Assembly: GCA_002729495.1 (NCBI GenBank)
Contig: PBYE01000061.1
Coordinates: 2,629 to 26,628, forward strand
Direction of reading: 5' to 3'
Source: Chromatiales bacterium
GTDB taxonomy: Bacteria; Pseudomonadota; Gammaproteobacteria; Steroidobacterales; GCA-2729495
Length of the DNA: 24,000 nucleotides
Shown here one piece after another: positions 9,072 through 19,065 of this stretch. Made by a program: the position numbers and the translations under genes. A model generated the notes under the pieces. The model worked only from the letters and a program-made list of their open reading frames with translations, was not told the origin of the DNA and did no database searches. The stretch's first letter is position 1. Each line of letters begins with the position of its first letter.

Positions 9072-9338
9072 TCAGGAACCCGGGGCGCGAATACGTGCGT
9101 TCAGGCGACTCTTGGTTCTGGCCGCCTTATTTTTGTGCACGAGGCCTTTGCTAACCATGGTATCGATATGCGGCACGGCCGCCTTATATAAAGTGGCAGC
9201 TTCATCCGTATTGCCCTGTTCGGCAGCCTTCTCAACGCTTTTTACGGCGGTGCGCATGCGCGAACGCAGTGCAACGTTATGCTGGCGACGTTTTTCGGCC
9301 TGGCGGGCCCTTTTTGCGGATTGTTTGCTGTTTGCCAC
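9072..9338 (-). CDS. rpsT: 30S ribosomal protein S20
   Basis: GTG at 9338 is preceded by a GAGGAA Shine-Dalgarno and gives 88 aa, (M)ANSKQSAKRARQAEKRRQHN..., a typical S20. The 119-aa ORF in the track is an upstream over-extension. Confidence 0.9.
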   Translation of the reverse strand: MANSKQSAKRARQAEKRRQHNVALRSRMRTAVKSVEKAAEQGNTDEAATLYKAAVPHIDTMVSKGLVHKNKAARTKSRLNARIRAPGS

Positions 9339-9482
9339 GAACGCTTCCTCTGGATGCAGGCCCCGGGGAATATGGCCCGGGAGGCGCGCATTCTGGTCAT
9401 TTGGCACCCTGATGTCAATAGAAACAGGCACCTGGGAGTGCCGGATTCGATACTGCTCGCCCGCCTTTAGCGAGGGACCCGC

Positions 9483-11138
9483 GTGAGCCAGGACAAACCA
9501 GATCAGGCACCGCCACCGTCCAGGTCCTCCGGCCTGCTCAGGTCAACGGCCGTGGTCGGCGCGATGACCCTGTTGTCCAGGGTGCTCGGCCTTGCCCGGG
9601 ACATGGTTTTCTCCCGGTTTTTCGGTGCCGATGCCGCCATGGACGCGTTTTTCGTGGCCTTCAAGATTCCGAATATTTTCCGCCGCTTTTTCGCCGAGGG
9701 CGCGTTTTCGCAGTCTTTTGTACCGGTGTTTGCGGAATACGACGAGACGCGGGATCCCCAGGAGGTCCGCGAGCTTGCGGCCCGGGTGGCGGGTACGCTC
9801 GGGCTGATCCTGTTCCTGTTTACGCTGCTGGGCGTTATCGGTGCGCCGATACTGATTTCCATTGCAGGTGCCGGCTGGATACTGAACCCGGAAGCCGGCT
9901 CCGCCGAAAAGTATGAGCTTGCGGTCGACATGCTGCGCTTCACCTTCCCGTACCTCTTGTTCGTATCGCTTACGGCACTGGCCGGTGCCATCCTGAATAC
10001 CTACAAACGATTTGCAATGGCCGCGTTCGTGCCGGCCGTCCTGAACGTCGTGCTGATCATTTTTGCGGCATTTATCGCGCCGGAATACCCGCGCCCGGGA
10101 CTCGTACTTGCCGTGGGCGTTTTTGTAGCAGGCATCGTACAGCTTCTCTGCATGCTGCCTGCGCTTGCCCGCGTAAAAATACTGGTGCGACCCCGGTGGG
10201 GGTGGAGTCACCCGGGTGTACGGCGCATCGTCAGGCTGATGGTTCCCGCAATTTTTGGTTCGTCGGTTGCCCAGATCAACATCCTCTTCGACACCCTGCT
10301 GGCATCCTTCCTGGTCACAGGCAGTATCAGCTGGTTGTACTACTCCGATCGGCTGATGGAGTTTCCGCTGGGTGTGTTCGGCATTGCGTTAGCCACCGTT
10401 ATCCTGCCGAACCTGTCACGAGAGTACGCGGCCCGGACGATGGAGGGCTTCTCTGCCATGCTCGACTGGGCACTGCGGCTGGTCATTCTGATTGCCGCGC
10501 CCGCCGCCGTCGGACTGTTTGTGCTGGCAGGTCCCGCGTTAACGACAATTTTTTATGGCGGCCGGTTTACCGGCGACGATGTTGCCATGGCCACGATTAG
10601 CCTCATGGCCTATTCCTTCGGTTTGCTCGGCTTCACGCTCGTGAAAGTGCTGGCACCGGGTTACTTTGCACGACAGGACACAAAGACCCCGGTGCGGATT
10701 GGCCTGATCGCGCTTGCAACCAACATGGCCCTGAACATTGCGATCGTGATTCCCTGGTATCAGTCCGGCGCAGCCGGGGCACACGCTGGCCTGGCACTGG
10801 CAACTTCATTGAGCGCGCTTCTGAATGCAGTCCTGCTTTATCGCGGCCTGCGCAAAGATAATGTGCTTAAACTCAGCCACGGCTGGGGCCGGTTTGTACT
10901 CCGGGTGGCTCTCGCGTGCGCGGTTATGGCCATGCTGCTGAACTATTTTGTCCCGGAGCAGGCCTTGTGGCTGGAGGCGGGTCTCTGGCAGAGCTGTCTG
11001 TGGCTGATTATGGCCATCGTCGGCGGTGTGATCGCATACATTGCAACGTTATTCGCAACCGGCGTACGTCCGGCGGAACTCAGTATGAAGCCGCCTGTGC
11101 TGAAGACCCCGGCGGACTCCGGGCCGGGTACCGATTAA
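9483..11138 (+). CDS. murJ: Lipid II flippase MurJ (MviN)
   Basis: 551 aa and polytopic. It has SRVLGLARDMVFSRFFGA and FFVAFKIPNIFRRFFAEGAFSQSFVP, hallmarks of MurJ. The start is GTG, with a short N-terminal extension. Confidence 0.92.
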   Translation: MSQDKPDQAPPPSRSSGLLRSTAVVGAMTLLSRVLGLARDMVFSRFFGADAAMDAFFVAFKIPNIFRRFFAEGAFSQSFVPVFAEYDETRDPQEVRELAARVAGTLGLILFLFTLLGVIGAPILISIAGAGWILNPEAGSAEKYELAVDMLRFTFPYLLFVSLTALAGAILNTYKRFAMAAFVPAVLNVVLIIFAAFIAPEYPRPGLVLAVGVFVAGIVQLLCMLPALARVKILVRPRWGWSHPGVRRIVRLMVPAIFGSSVAQINILFDTLLASFLVTGSISWLYYSDRLMEFPLGVFGIALATVILPNLSREYAARTMEGFSAMLDWALRLVILIAAPAAVGLFVLAGPALTTIFYGGRFTGDDVAMATISLMAYSFGLLGFTLVKVLAPGYFARQDTKTPVRIGLIALATNMALNIAIVIPWYQSGAAGAHAGLALATSLSALLNAVLLYRGLRKDNVLKLSHGWGRFVLRVALACAVMAMLLNYFVPEQALWLEAGLWQSCLWLIMAIVGGVIAYIATLFATGVRPAELSMKPPVLKTPADSGPGTD

Positions 11139-11199
11139 CGACTATGATTGTGTCTGAAATGAGTACATATAGAGTCAACCAGGTTCCGGGCAGTCGGTC

Positions 11200-12132
11200 A
11201 TGCGCCTGATTCGCCGCCCGGGCGCGCAGTTACAGGGGCCCACCAAAGGCTGTGTCGCGACCATCGGCGCCTTCGACGGCCTCCATGTCGGACATCAGCG
11301 CATCCTGGAGCGGGTACTCGAGGTTGCACGCGAGCAGCAACTGCCGTCGCTTATTTTTTCCTTTGAGCCAACGCCCAAGGAATACTTTGCACCGCAGTCA
11401 CCGCCGGCGCGGTTGATGCGATTCCGCGAAAAATACCAGGCCCTGGAAGAAACCGGAATCGATTTTTTCTATTGCCCGCATTTTGAGCCCGCGCTGGAGG
11501 GGCTCGAACCGGACGTATTCGTGGACAACCTGCTGGTTGGACTGTTGCATATACGGCATCTCGTAGTTGGCGATGATTTTGCGTTTGCACGCAAGCGGAT
11601 AGGCACGATTGACGACCTGAATCGCAAGGGAGCCGAGTGTGGCTTCGGTGTAGAGCAGGTGGGAAGTGTTATCCAGCAGGACGAACGGGTCTCGAGTTCG
11701 GCGGTGCGCGAGGCTTTGTACGTGGGTGACCTTGACAAGGCACGCCGGCTGCTGGGCCGCTGGTATTACATGTCCGGAAAAGTTGTGCTGGGTAACAAGC
11801 TGGGCAGGACGCTTGGCATGCCGACGGCGAATGTAAAGCTGAATCGCAGATTGAGCCCGGTCCACGGCATTTACGCAGTTAGGGTGCGGGGCCTGGATGA
11901 CGACCGGCTGGACGGTGTCGCGAGTGTGGGAACCCGGCCGACGATTGGTGGTGTGGAGCCCCTGCTCGAGGTATATATTTTTGATTTCGACCGGGATATT
12001 TACGGAGCGAATATACAGGTAGAATTCGTCGCCAAATTGCGTGATGAAGTTCGCTTTCCCGACCTGGAATCGCTCCGCGAGCAAATGTTTAAAGATGCCG
12101 AGCAGGCGCGCGAGATCCTTGCGGCTGCCTGA
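11200..12132 (+). CDS. ribF: Bifunctional riboflavin kinase / FMN adenylyltransferase
   Basis: 310 aa. It has ATIGAFDGLHVGHQ (nucleotidyltransferase) and a C-terminal riboflavin kinase region (GRTLGMPTAN...PTIGG...LEVYIFDF). Confidence 0.93.
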   Translation: MRLIRRPGAQLQGPTKGCVATIGAFDGLHVGHQRILERVLEVAREQQLPSLIFSFEPTPKEYFAPQSPPARLMRFREKYQALEETGIDFFYCPHFEPALEGLEPDVFVDNLLVGLLHIRHLVVGDDFAFARKRIGTIDDLNRKGAECGFGVEQVGSVIQQDERVSSSAVREALYVGDLDKARRLLGRWYYMSGKVVLGNKLGRTLGMPTANVKLNRRLSPVHGIYAVRVRGLDDDRLDGVASVGTRPTIGGVEPLLEVYIFDFDRDIYGANIQVEFVAKLRDEVRFPDLESLREQMFKDAEQAREILAAA

Positions 12133-12181
12133 GCGGTATTCATTCGGCCGTTGATACCGATATACAACCACGGATATATAA

Positions 12182-15010
12182 GTGACAGACTACAAGGACA
12201 CGTTGAATCTGCCGAATACGGCCTTTCCGATGCGCGCCAATCTTGCGCAGCGCGAACCCGAGATGCTCAGGCAATGGGCGCAGGACGATATCTATGGCCA
12301 GATTCGGGAGACAGTGGCCGGCCGGAAAAAATTCCTGCTGGTAGACGGTCCTCCGTATGCGAATGGCAAAATTCACCTGGGCCATGCTGTAAACAAGGTC
12401 CTGAAGGATATCGTCGTCAAGTCGCGCACGCTGGCGGGTTTCGACGCACCATTTATCCCCGGCTGGGATTGTCACGGCCTGCCCATCGAACTGCAGGTCG
12501 AAAAGAAAAAGGGCAAGGTGGGTACCAAGCTCGATGCACGCGAATTTCGCCAGGCGTGCCGCGACTATGCGTTGCGCCAGGTAGACAGTCAGCGTGAGGA
12601 TTTCAAACGACTTGGCGTGTTCGCCGACTGGGACAATCCCTACCTGACGCTGGACCACGTCTTCGAGGCCGAGCAGGTTCGTGGTTTCGCCCAAATCGTT
12701 GCCAACGGCCACCTGCAGCGGGGCTTCAAGCCGGTGCACTGGTGTCTCGATTGCGGCTCGGCCCTGGCCGAGGCTGAGGTTGAATACCAGGACAAGACGT
12801 CGGTTGCCATCGATGTGCGATTCCCGGTGGTCAATCGTATCGAACTTTTTGAAATGGTCGGTGATCGTTTCAAGGCCCTGCAAAAAGAATCGGAACTGGA
12901 AGCCTCGATTCCTATCTGGACGACCACCGCCTGGACCCTGCCGGCCAACCAGGCTGTCGCACTGGGCCCGCATATTGCCTACGTGCTGGTTGAACTGACG
13001 ATCGACGGGCACGAAGAACTGCTGGTTCTGGCCGAGTCTGTCGCCGAAGAAGCCATGAGCCGTTACGGCGCGACCAGTTCCCAGGTGCTCGCAGAGTTCC
13101 CGGGCGAAGCGCTGAAGGGCCTGGAACTCAAGCACCCCTTTATGGACCGTATCGTACCGGTCATTGAAACGGACTTTGTCACCGTCGAAACCGGAACCGG
13201 GGCCGTTCATATCGCGCCGGGCCACGGTCACGACGACTTTGCTGCGGGTCTTGCCCATGATCTGCCGCTCGATAATCCGGTTGGCGGTAACGGCGTGTAC
13301 CTGGAATCTACCGAGCATTTCGGCGGAACGCATATTAATAAAGCGGGTCCGGAAATCATTGCGTTGCTTGAGAAAAACGGCCACCTGTTGCACCAGAACC
13401 CTTTCGGACACAGCTACCCGCATTGCTGGCGCCATAAAACGCCATTAATTTTTCTCGCGACTCCGCAGTGGTTCGTAAGTCTCGATCAGAACGGCCTGCG
13501 CGGGCAGGCGATGGCGGCTATAAGGGGCGTGGAGTGGATTCCCGGATGGGGGCGGCAACGCATTGAAGCGATGATCGATGCGCGCCCCGACTGGTGTATC
13601 TCGCGGCAACGCACCTGGGGTGTGCCGCTGCCGCTGTTCGTGCACAAAGAGAGCGGCGAGCTGCACCCGGATACAAATGGTTTGCTTGAAGCGGCTGCGC
13701 AACGGATCGGAAAAGAGGGTATCGACGGCTGGTTTGAAATGGAAGCGGAAGAATTGCTGGGCGACGATGCAAAAGATTACGACAAGGTTGTCGACACGAT
13801 GGATGTGTGGATGGATTCGGGCATGGTCCACCATTGCCTGACAAAAATACATCCGGTCATTGATGACGTAGCGGATTTGTACCTGGAAGGATCGGATCAG
13901 CATCGCGGCTGGTTTCAGAGTTCGTTGCTGACCTCAATTGCGATGCATGGCCGTGCGCCGTACCGCCAGTGCATGACTCACGGCTTCACAGTGGATGAAA
14001 AAGGCCACAAGATGTCGAAGTCACTGGGCAATACCATCGCGCCGCAGAAAGTAATGAACAGCCTGGGCGCTGACATACTGCGTTTATGGGTGGCGGCAAC
14101 GGATTACAGCGGTGAGATGAGCGGCTCGGACGAAATCCTGAAACGGATGGCCGATTCCTACCGGCGCATGCGCAATACTGCGCGTTTTCTCCTGGGCAAC
14201 CTGCACGGCTTCGATCCGGCCAAAGACCTGGTGCCAGTCGGTGAGCTGGTGGACCTGGATCGCTGGGCGATACAGCGTGCCGCGAGTTTGCAGGAGTCTA
14301 TCCTGCAGTCGTACGAAAGTTATGCCTTCCACCGGGTCTACCAGGAGTTGCACAATTTCTGCGTTGTTGACATGGGCGGGTTCTTCCTCGACATACTGAA
14401 AGACCGCCTGTACACGACCGGCGCTGAAAGTCACCCGCGCCGGTCCGCGCAGACGGCCATGTACCACATCGTCGAGGCGATGGTCCGCTGGTTCGCGCCG
14501 ATTCTTACGTTTACGGCGGAAGAAATCTGGCAGGCCCTGCCGGGCGAGCGTGAAAAGTCGGTATTCCTGGCAACTTTTAAAGAGGTACCCGGGGGCGACA
14601 AGAAAGTCGTCGACTGGGACAGGCTCATCCAGGTGCGTGAGGCCGTGGCGAAAGAGCTGGAAACGCTACGCGATGCAGGCGATATAGGTTCGCCGCTGGA
14701 AGCTGTCGTGACGGTCTACGCCGACGGCACACTGCGCGATTCCCTCGCAGCTTTGGGCGATGAACTGCGCTTCGTTTTCATTACCTCGGAGGCGGATGTG
14801 AAGCCGCTCAGTGAGGCGCCCGCCTCTGACGACAGCAATGCCGAAACAAACGGGGGCTATTGCGTCGTTACCGGTCCGAGTGAGCATGCCAAGTGCATAC
14901 GCTGCTGGCATCGGCGCGAAGACGTCGGGAGCGTTGATGGCCATCCGGAGATCTGCGGTCGTTGTGTCGAGAATGTAGATGGCAAAGGCGAAACGCGCGC
15001 CTTCGCGTGA
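12182..15010 (+). CDS. ileS: Isoleucine--tRNA ligase
   Basis: 942 aa. It has a HIGH-type motif ([14 protein letters not shown]), KMSKS, and a C-terminal Zn-finger (CIRCWHR...CGRC). The start is GTG. Confidence 0.97.
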   Translation: MTDYKDTLNLPNTAFPMRANLAQREPEMLRQWAQDDIYGQIRETVAGRKKFLLVDGPPYANGKIHLGHAVNKVLKDIVVKSRTLAGFDAPFIPGWDCHGLPIELQVEKKKGKVGTKLDAREFRQACRDYALRQVDSQREDFKRLGVFADWDNPYLTLDHVFEAEQVRGFAQIVANGHLQRGFKPVHWCLDCGSALAEAEVEYQDKTSVAIDVRFPVVNRIELFEMVGDRFKALQKESELEASIPIWTTTAWTLPANQAVALGPHIAYVLVELTIDGHEELLVLAESVAEEAMSRYGATSSQVLAEFPGEALKGLELKHPFMDRIVPVIETDFVTVETGTGAVHIAPGHGHDDFAAGLAHDLPLDNPVGGNGVYLESTEHFGGTHINKAGPEIIALLEKNGHLLHQNPFGHSYPHCWRHKTPLIFLATPQWFVSLDQNGLRGQAMAAIRGVEWIPGWGRQRIEAMIDARPDWCISRQRTWGVPLPLFVHKESGELHPDTNGLLEAAAQRIGKEGIDGWFEMEAEELLGDDAKDYDKVVDTMDVWMDSGMVHHCLTKIHPVIDDVADLYLEGSDQHRGWFQSSLLTSIAMHGRAPYRQCMTHGFTVDEKGHKMSKSLGNTIAPQKVMNSLGADILRLWVAATDYSGEMSGSDEILKRMADSYRRMRNTARFLLGNLHGFDPAKDLVPVGELVDLDRWAIQRAASLQESILQSYESYAFHRVYQELHNFCVVDMGGFFLDILKDRLYTTGAESHPRRSAQTAMYHIVEAMVRWFAPILTFTAEEIWQALPGEREKSVFLATFKEVPGGDKKVVDWDRLIQVREAVAKELETLRDAGDIGSPLEAVVTVYADGTLRDSLAALGDELRFVFITSEADVKPLSEAPASDDSNAETNGGYCVVTGPSEHAKCIRCWHRREDVGSVDGHPEICGRCVENVDGKGETRAFA

Positions 15011-15016
15011 CGAATT

Positions 15017-15562
15017 ATGAACGCACCAGAGAACCGGCCCGATTTAGTCGTGACACCAATAGCAGGATCAGGTTCGTTACGCTGGCTGATATTGTCGCTG
15101 GTGCTGGTGATTGCCGACCAGGTTACCAAGTTGCTGGTTGTCAGCAACCTGGACGAGTTCGAGCGCATCAAGTTGCTGCCGGTTTTTGACCTGGTTCGAT
15201 TCCACAATACCGGTGCTGCATTCAGTTTTCTGGCCAACGCCGGTGGCTGGCAGCACTGGTTGTTTACCGGCATTGCCATCGTCGTTAGCGTCGGTATCGT
15301 CTGGTACCAGTGGGGCCTGCCGCAGCAGGGTTGCCGCACGCTGGCGGCCGGCCTGGCACTCGTGCTGGGCGGTGCCGTGGGTAACCTGATCGACCGGCTG
15401 CTACAGGGCTACGTTGTCGACTTTCTGCTGGTGTATTACGGTGACTGGCACTGGCCTGCATTTAATGTGGCCGACAGTTCGATAACCGTGGGTGTAACGC
15501 TGATCATCATCGACAGCATGTTCCTGGAACGTAAACGAGTGGCGGCCGCAGCGTCGGAGTAA
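15017..15562 (+). CDS. lspA: Lipoprotein signal peptidase (signal peptidase II)
   Basis: 181 aa, 6 nt after ileS. It has FHNTGAAFSFL and FNVADSSITVG, the catalytic Asp-containing motifs. Confidence 0.92.
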   Translation: MNAPENRPDLVVTPIAGSGSLRWLILSLVLVIADQVTKLLVVSNLDEFERIKLLPVFDLVRFHNTGAAFSFLANAGGWQHWLFTGIAIVVSVGIVWYQWGLPQQGCRTLAAGLALVLGGAVGNLIDRLLQGYVVDFLLVYYGDWHWPAFNVADSSITVGVTLIIIDSMFLERKRVAAAASE

Positions 15563-15565
15563 TTC

Positions 15566-15985
15566 TTAACTTCGCCAGCATTTCGTGGTCGTATCTGTAC
15601 CGTCCGTCGAGCGTGACCAGCGGCGGCCGGTCTCGTCGATGCCAAAGGACCAGCATTCGGTATCGTCGTGTTGTTTACCGTTAAGATCGACTGTAGCTGT
15701 TGCTTCGAATCCTGCCGTTGTAACTACGACACGCATTTCGTAGTGTCCGTCACTGGTATTTCCGGTGGTGCCGAGTGTCTCTGTGTTCGCATAGCGCTGG
15801 TCCTGTAACCGAAACTGTTCCTGCCGGGCGGCGATATGAAGCAGGGCGCCCGTTGCATCGATGCGCCGGGCAGCCTGAATGTAGTCCCGCCAACTCGGCA
15901 TAGCTATCCCTGTAATGATCGCGATGATACTGACAACTATCAACAGCTCGATCAGGCTGAAACCTTTGGCATCAAGCATCGTCAT
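15566..15985 (-). CDS. pilE: Type IV pilin-like protein PilE (minor pilin)
   Basis: ATG at 15985 (15979 is an alternative) gives MTMLDAKG|FSLIELLIVVSIIAIITGIAMPS, a class III signal with Glu at +5. The 194-aa ORF in the track is over-extended. Confidence 0.8.
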   Translation of the reverse strand: MTMLDAKGFSLIELLIVVSIIAIITGIAMPSWRDYIQAARRIDATGALLHIAARQEQFRLQDQRYANTETLGTTGNTSDGHYEMRVVVTTAGFEATATVDLNGKQHDDTECWSFGIDETGRRWSRSTDGTDTTTKCWRS

Positions 15986-16484
15986 GTACCGTCCAGTAGC
16001 TCTCAACCGGGAAGCTCTCGATACCGGTACATGGGCCCGGACAGACCTCCCTGCATATATAGAAACCCTGGATGTGGGTTTGCCGAAGCAAATCATCAAC
16101 TGAAGCAACCGAATGAATTTCATAGTGCAGTCGCTCGACCGGCAAGACATCCATCATCGGGCAATAGTTATCGATGGCAGTGTGTGACAGCGTCGCCTCG
16201 ACCGTGCCCCGGCGGTTGGGATTAACGATGCTCAGTGTTACCGGCAAGTCGGTGGGCAAGTCGGTTGGTAAGCCTGACGGGTTTTCGTAAGCGAAACGCA
16301 GGCCCGCCATGATGCCAAGTTCAGCCGTTTCGAAAACCTGGCCTGCAACCAGTAGCGAGTCGATGAGACGCGACTCCGCGATGGCCGTGCGCAGTGCATT
16401 CGCTGCGAGCAGGCTTAGTATCATGAGTAGCATCAATACGATCGGCAGGGCAGAGCCAATTGCCCGATTTATATTTATTCCCAT
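15972..16484 (-). CDS. pilX: Minor pilin PilX (PilX N-terminal domain protein)
   Basis: The ATG at 16484 lies 1 nt after the pilW stop. MGININRAIGSALPIVLMLLMILSLLAANALRTAIAESRL matches the PilX_N pattern. It overlaps the pilE start by 14 nt. Confidence 0.65.
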   Translation of the reverse strand: MGININRAIGSALPIVLMLLMILSLLAANALRTAIAESRLIDSLLVAGQVFETAELGIMAGLRFAYENPSGLPTDLPTDLPVTLSIVNPNRRGTVEATLSHTAIDNYCPMMDVLPVERLHYEIHSVASVDDLLRQTHIQGFYICREVCPGPCTGIESFPVESYWTVHDDA

Positions 16485-16485
16485 A

Positions 16486-17382
16486 TCAGGCAGCCGGCTG
16501 ATTGCGTAAGTAGATCGTGCGCGTGACGCTGATACGGCGGTAACCATCATTGGGCCGCAGCGGATTGCGTGCATCGGTGTCTATGCTATACCACGGGCCG
16601 GAATCCCGGTGTCCCGGTTCGGGGCGCGCAGAGCGAAGGAGTAACCAGACGCTTACCGCTAGCACGGGGGCGTCGCCCCGGTTGTTGCCATCGACAAAGC
16701 CGTCAATCTGTTGATCGCCGTCCCGGTCGATACCGAGTAATACCTGGAAATCTTCGACGCCCGGAATGATTTCCTGGTTCTGCATGAGTCCGTTGTTTGC
16801 CAGCGTAAAGCGACGCAATGCGGGCATGCCGGGCTCTGATGATGCGGTGTCGAGGTGCCAGGCATTCACCTGCAGGTCAAAATTTTGCGCACCGGCTATT
16901 TCAGGTATAAGCCCGTTCCTGAATACGGCACCAGTGCTTTCATTGGTAGTAATACCGATACGATCAGGGTTATCGGTGTTGCCCGAACTCGCATGCCGCA
17001 CGACCAGCACGTCAGCACCCGCTACGAAGGCGTTAGCCGGCGGACAGGGCAGCGCTGCAAAATCATCATTAACATCGATCGCCTGCACGAGTTGCAGGGC
17101 CCATACGCTTATATCCCTGCCGGCACAATGCACCCGGATGTCGCCGGGAATACCGAGCAGCCCGGCATCGCTGTGCAGACCCCAGAAACCTGCAAGCCGC
17201 AGGTCATCTTCGAGCGCCGTCAACGCAAACGCACCGCGCTCCTGCAGCGAGGCGATCAGCTGCGCACTTTCGTATGCAGCCCTGGCCGAGCTGAATAACC
17301 GGAGTGCCCCGGCAATCATGATGCTCCCGAGCAACAGCGCAACCATGAGTTCGACCAGCGTGAAACCGGCAGCATCCTTCAT
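16486..17382 (-). CDS. pilW: Type IV pilus minor pilin PilW
   Basis: MKDAAG|FTLVELMVALLLGSIMIAG is a prepilin signal. At 298 aa, its size and position after pilV are typical. Confidence 0.8.
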   Translation of the reverse strand: MKDAAGFTLVELMVALLLGSIMIAGALRLFSSARAAYESAQLIASLQERGAFALTALEDDLRLAGFWGLHSDAGLLGIPGDIRVHCAGRDISVWALQLVQAIDVNDDFAALPCPPANAFVAGADVLVVRHASSGNTDNPDRIGITTNESTGAVFRNGLIPEIAGAQNFDLQVNAWHLDTASSEPGMPALRRFTLANNGLMQNQEIIPGVEDFQVLLGIDRDGDQQIDGFVDGNNRGDAPVLAVSVWLLLRSARPEPGHRDSGPWYSIDTDARNPLRPNDGYRRISVTRTIYLRNQPAA

Positions 17383-17846
17383 CGCCCGTCCGTCCCGGCC
17401 GGTAGCGGTATATAGGCGACACGCCGCAGCACTTCGTTGCCGGGCGCTTCCCAGCTAACGCTGAGTTGCAACAAATCAATGCCACTTCTTTCGACAATCT
17501 GCAGTTGTCCCTGACCACCGGGCAGGGTACGGGCAAGAGCTGTCGACCAGGAGTGGAAAACATGTCCGAACAGTTCTTCGGGATCGCAAACATTACTGGT
17601 GCAACTGGCGCCAGTCACGCGTATGTCGCCACGAAGAGTTTCTCCAGGTATCCCCCTGGCAATTTCAGCCAGGTCTCTAATCGCCGATGCCGCCCGCTGT
17701 TGTTGCCCGGCTGTATTTAATGAGGCGATACTTTCGGTGAGCATGCGCAGATTTGCGTACATTCCCAGTGACAGGATCACGAGTGCGACCAGCATTTCGA
17801 CCAGCGTCATGCCTGCAGCGTTACGCATTCGACGTTTGTTGCTCAT
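17379..17846 (-). CDS. pilV: Type IV pilus minor pilin PilV
   Basis: MSNKRRMRNAAG|MTLVEMLVALVILSLG is a prepilin signal. There are 4-nt overlaps with both neighbours, suggesting translational coupling. Confidence 0.78.
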   Translation of the reverse strand: MSNKRRMRNAAGMTLVEMLVALVILSLGMYANLRMLTESIASLNTAGQQQRAASAIRDLAEIARGIPGETLRGDIRVTGASCTSNVCDPEELFGHVFHSWSTALARTLPGGQGQLQIVERSGIDLLQLSVSWEAPGNEVLRRVAYIPLPAGTDGR

Positions 17847-18379
17847 AGTTCGGCGGGGCAGGTCAATGACCGGTTACTGGCGCCGGCGCCGATGACCCGT
17901 GGTTTCCCGGTGTAACTAAGCACTATCGCACGTGCGCTGCTGACCCCCCGGCGATCGCAGAACGTAATGGTGCCGTTGGTTGCGCGTTTACCGAACGGGC
18001 GCATGCTAAAAGCACGCCGGTTTGCGGAGATATGCAGTCCATGCAGTGAACCGCTGGTGACCAATAGCTGCTCGGTGGGGTCGATTTGCGGCGGTTCATC
18101 CCGGTCCCTGTTGGCAAAAAGCAACCATCCGTCGTGCCAATCGGCAGTCGAACTGCATTGCAGGCCGTTTGCACTCTTACAGAGCGAAATATCGACCCCA
18201 AGTGCACGCGATTTTTGGCGCGCTAAGTGAAGAGTATGAACTAAGTCATTGACCTGACTGGTCATACGCGTATTCGCAATGAGTGTAGAAAATCCCGACG
18301 CTGACAGCGATATGAGCACTCCAAGGACGGCCAGTGCCAATAAAAGTTCTGCAAGAGTTGTTCCAAGTTGTTGTTTCAT
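17843..18379 (-). CDS. fimT: GspH/FimT-family minor pilin
   Basis: The ATG at 18379 gives MKQQLG|TTLAELLLALAVLGVL. It also has LHLARQKSRALG...DWHDGWLLF, typical of the GspH/FimT/FimU family. The GTG at 18412 is an alternative start. Confidence 0.72.
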   Translation of the reverse strand: MKQQLGTTLAELLLALAVLGVLISLSASGFSTLIANTRMTSQVNDLVHTLHLARQKSRALGVDISLCKSANGLQCSSTADWHDGWLLFANRDRDEPPQIDPTEQLLVTSGSLHGLHISANRRAFSMRPFGKRATNGTITFCDRRGVSSARAIVLSYTGKPRVIGAGASNRSLTCPAEL

Positions 18380-18416
18380 GTTGCAGCCGGTTTTCTTTGT
18401 CTCACTCTGCACGCGA

Positions 18417-18446
18417 ATTAGAAATTCTGCGATAAAAATTTCTAAT
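18417..18446. promoter_or_regulatory. Perfect 10-bp inverted repeat (ATTAGAAATT-N10-AATTTCTAAT), a candidate operator between fimT and the Irr-like gene
   Basis: The two arms are exact reverse complements. Each arm contains TTAGAA/TTCTAA. The left arm also forms the palindrome GAATT-AGA-AATTC (18415-18427). Confidence 0.45.
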
Positions 18447-18479
18447 ACAAGTGACTTGAAACAAAAATTGCGTGAGGCA

Positions 18480-18509
18480 TTTACAGTCGTCTCGGCATGT
18501 GGCTAAAAT
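18480..18509 (+). promoter_or_regulatory. Candidate sigma70 promoter of the Irr-like gene
   Basis: TTTACA (18480-18485), an 18-nt spacer, then TAAAAT (18504-18509). This supports the ATG at 18535 (Shine-Dalgarno GGGGGA) rather than the upstream ORF-track start. Confidence 0.4.
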
Positions 18510-18534
18510 GACCGCGCAGTTATCTCGGGGGACG

Positions 18535-18948
18535 ATGACAGTGGAATATAAACAGCAGGTCGAACAACAATTACGTTCCAGCGGTGTCCAGCCAACGAAG
18601 CAACGTATGGAAATAGGAATATTGTTGCTCGCCACTCCGCAACACATGTCAGCCGATCAGATTCTTGGAGAGCTACGTACAGCAGGTAGCCGGGTTTCCA
18701 AGGCAACTGTGTACAACACTCTCAATCTGTTTGCATGCCGTGGCCTGGTTCGTGAAGTGTCGGTTGACTCAACTCGTCAGTTCTTCGATTCCACAATTCA
18801 TCCGCACCATCATTTTTATAATATCGACACGGGCAAACTAACGGACATAGGTATAGACGAACTCGAGTTCAGCCAGTTGCCGGAACTGCCTTCCGGTACG
18901 GAAGCGCAAGACGTCGAAGTCATCGTTCGCGTCCGGAACAAGCACTGA
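18535..18948 (+). CDS. irr: Fur-family regulator of the Irr (iron response regulator) type
   Basis: 137 aa. It has the Fur winged helix (PTKQRMEIGILLL...SKATVYNTLNLFACRGLVREV) and no CxxC zinc motifs. It has a HPHHHF triple-His motif and, as I recall the sequence, is colinear with Bradyrhizobium Irr (...ATVYNTLNQL..GLLRQVSVDG...FDTN..HHHYY...). Confidence 0.7.
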   Translation: MTVEYKQQVEQQLRSSGVQPTKQRMEIGILLLATPQHMSADQILGELRTAGSRVSKATVYNTLNLFACRGLVREVSVDSTRQFFDSTIHPHHHFYNIDTGKLTDIGIDELEFSQLPELPSGTEAQDVEVIVRVRNKH

Positions 18949-19034
18949 CCCAAATCACTCCGTTCCAAAGGCGATTGGTGTCGGGTAACCGGCCCGATTG
19001 CCGGACTTTGTAACTCCCCCTATACTTCGCCCCA

Positions 19035-19051
19035 CGCCGGGGTTCCCGGCG
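19035..19051 (+). terminator. GC-rich hairpin, a possible weak terminator after the Irr-like gene
   Basis: CGCCGGG-GTT-CCCGGCG followed by GCGTTTCT. The T tract is poor. Confidence 0.25.
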
Positions 19052-19065
19052 GCGTTTCTAAATAT

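Noticed and set aside
9072-9431. 119-aa version of rpsT. Likewise the long versions of pilE (to 16150), pilX (to 16574), fimT (to 18412), the Irr-like gene (from 18472) and the HemF-like gene (from 19767).
   Set aside because: Internal starts give canonical N-termini (S20 ANSKQSAKRA, prepilin leaders, signal peptide) with better Shine-Dalgarno sequences or promoter geometry. The extensions overlap neighbouring genes or promoter elements.
12140-13435. 431-aa ORF on the minus strand inside ileS. Similar long antisense ORFs occur at 9543-10211 in murJ, 11398-12171 in ribF and 1422-2009 in the nuclease gene.
   Set aside because: They lie entirely antisense to genes with unmistakable conserved motifs. 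Their composition is Arg/Leu/Val-rich and low-complexity, typical of shadow ORFs in GC-rich DNA.
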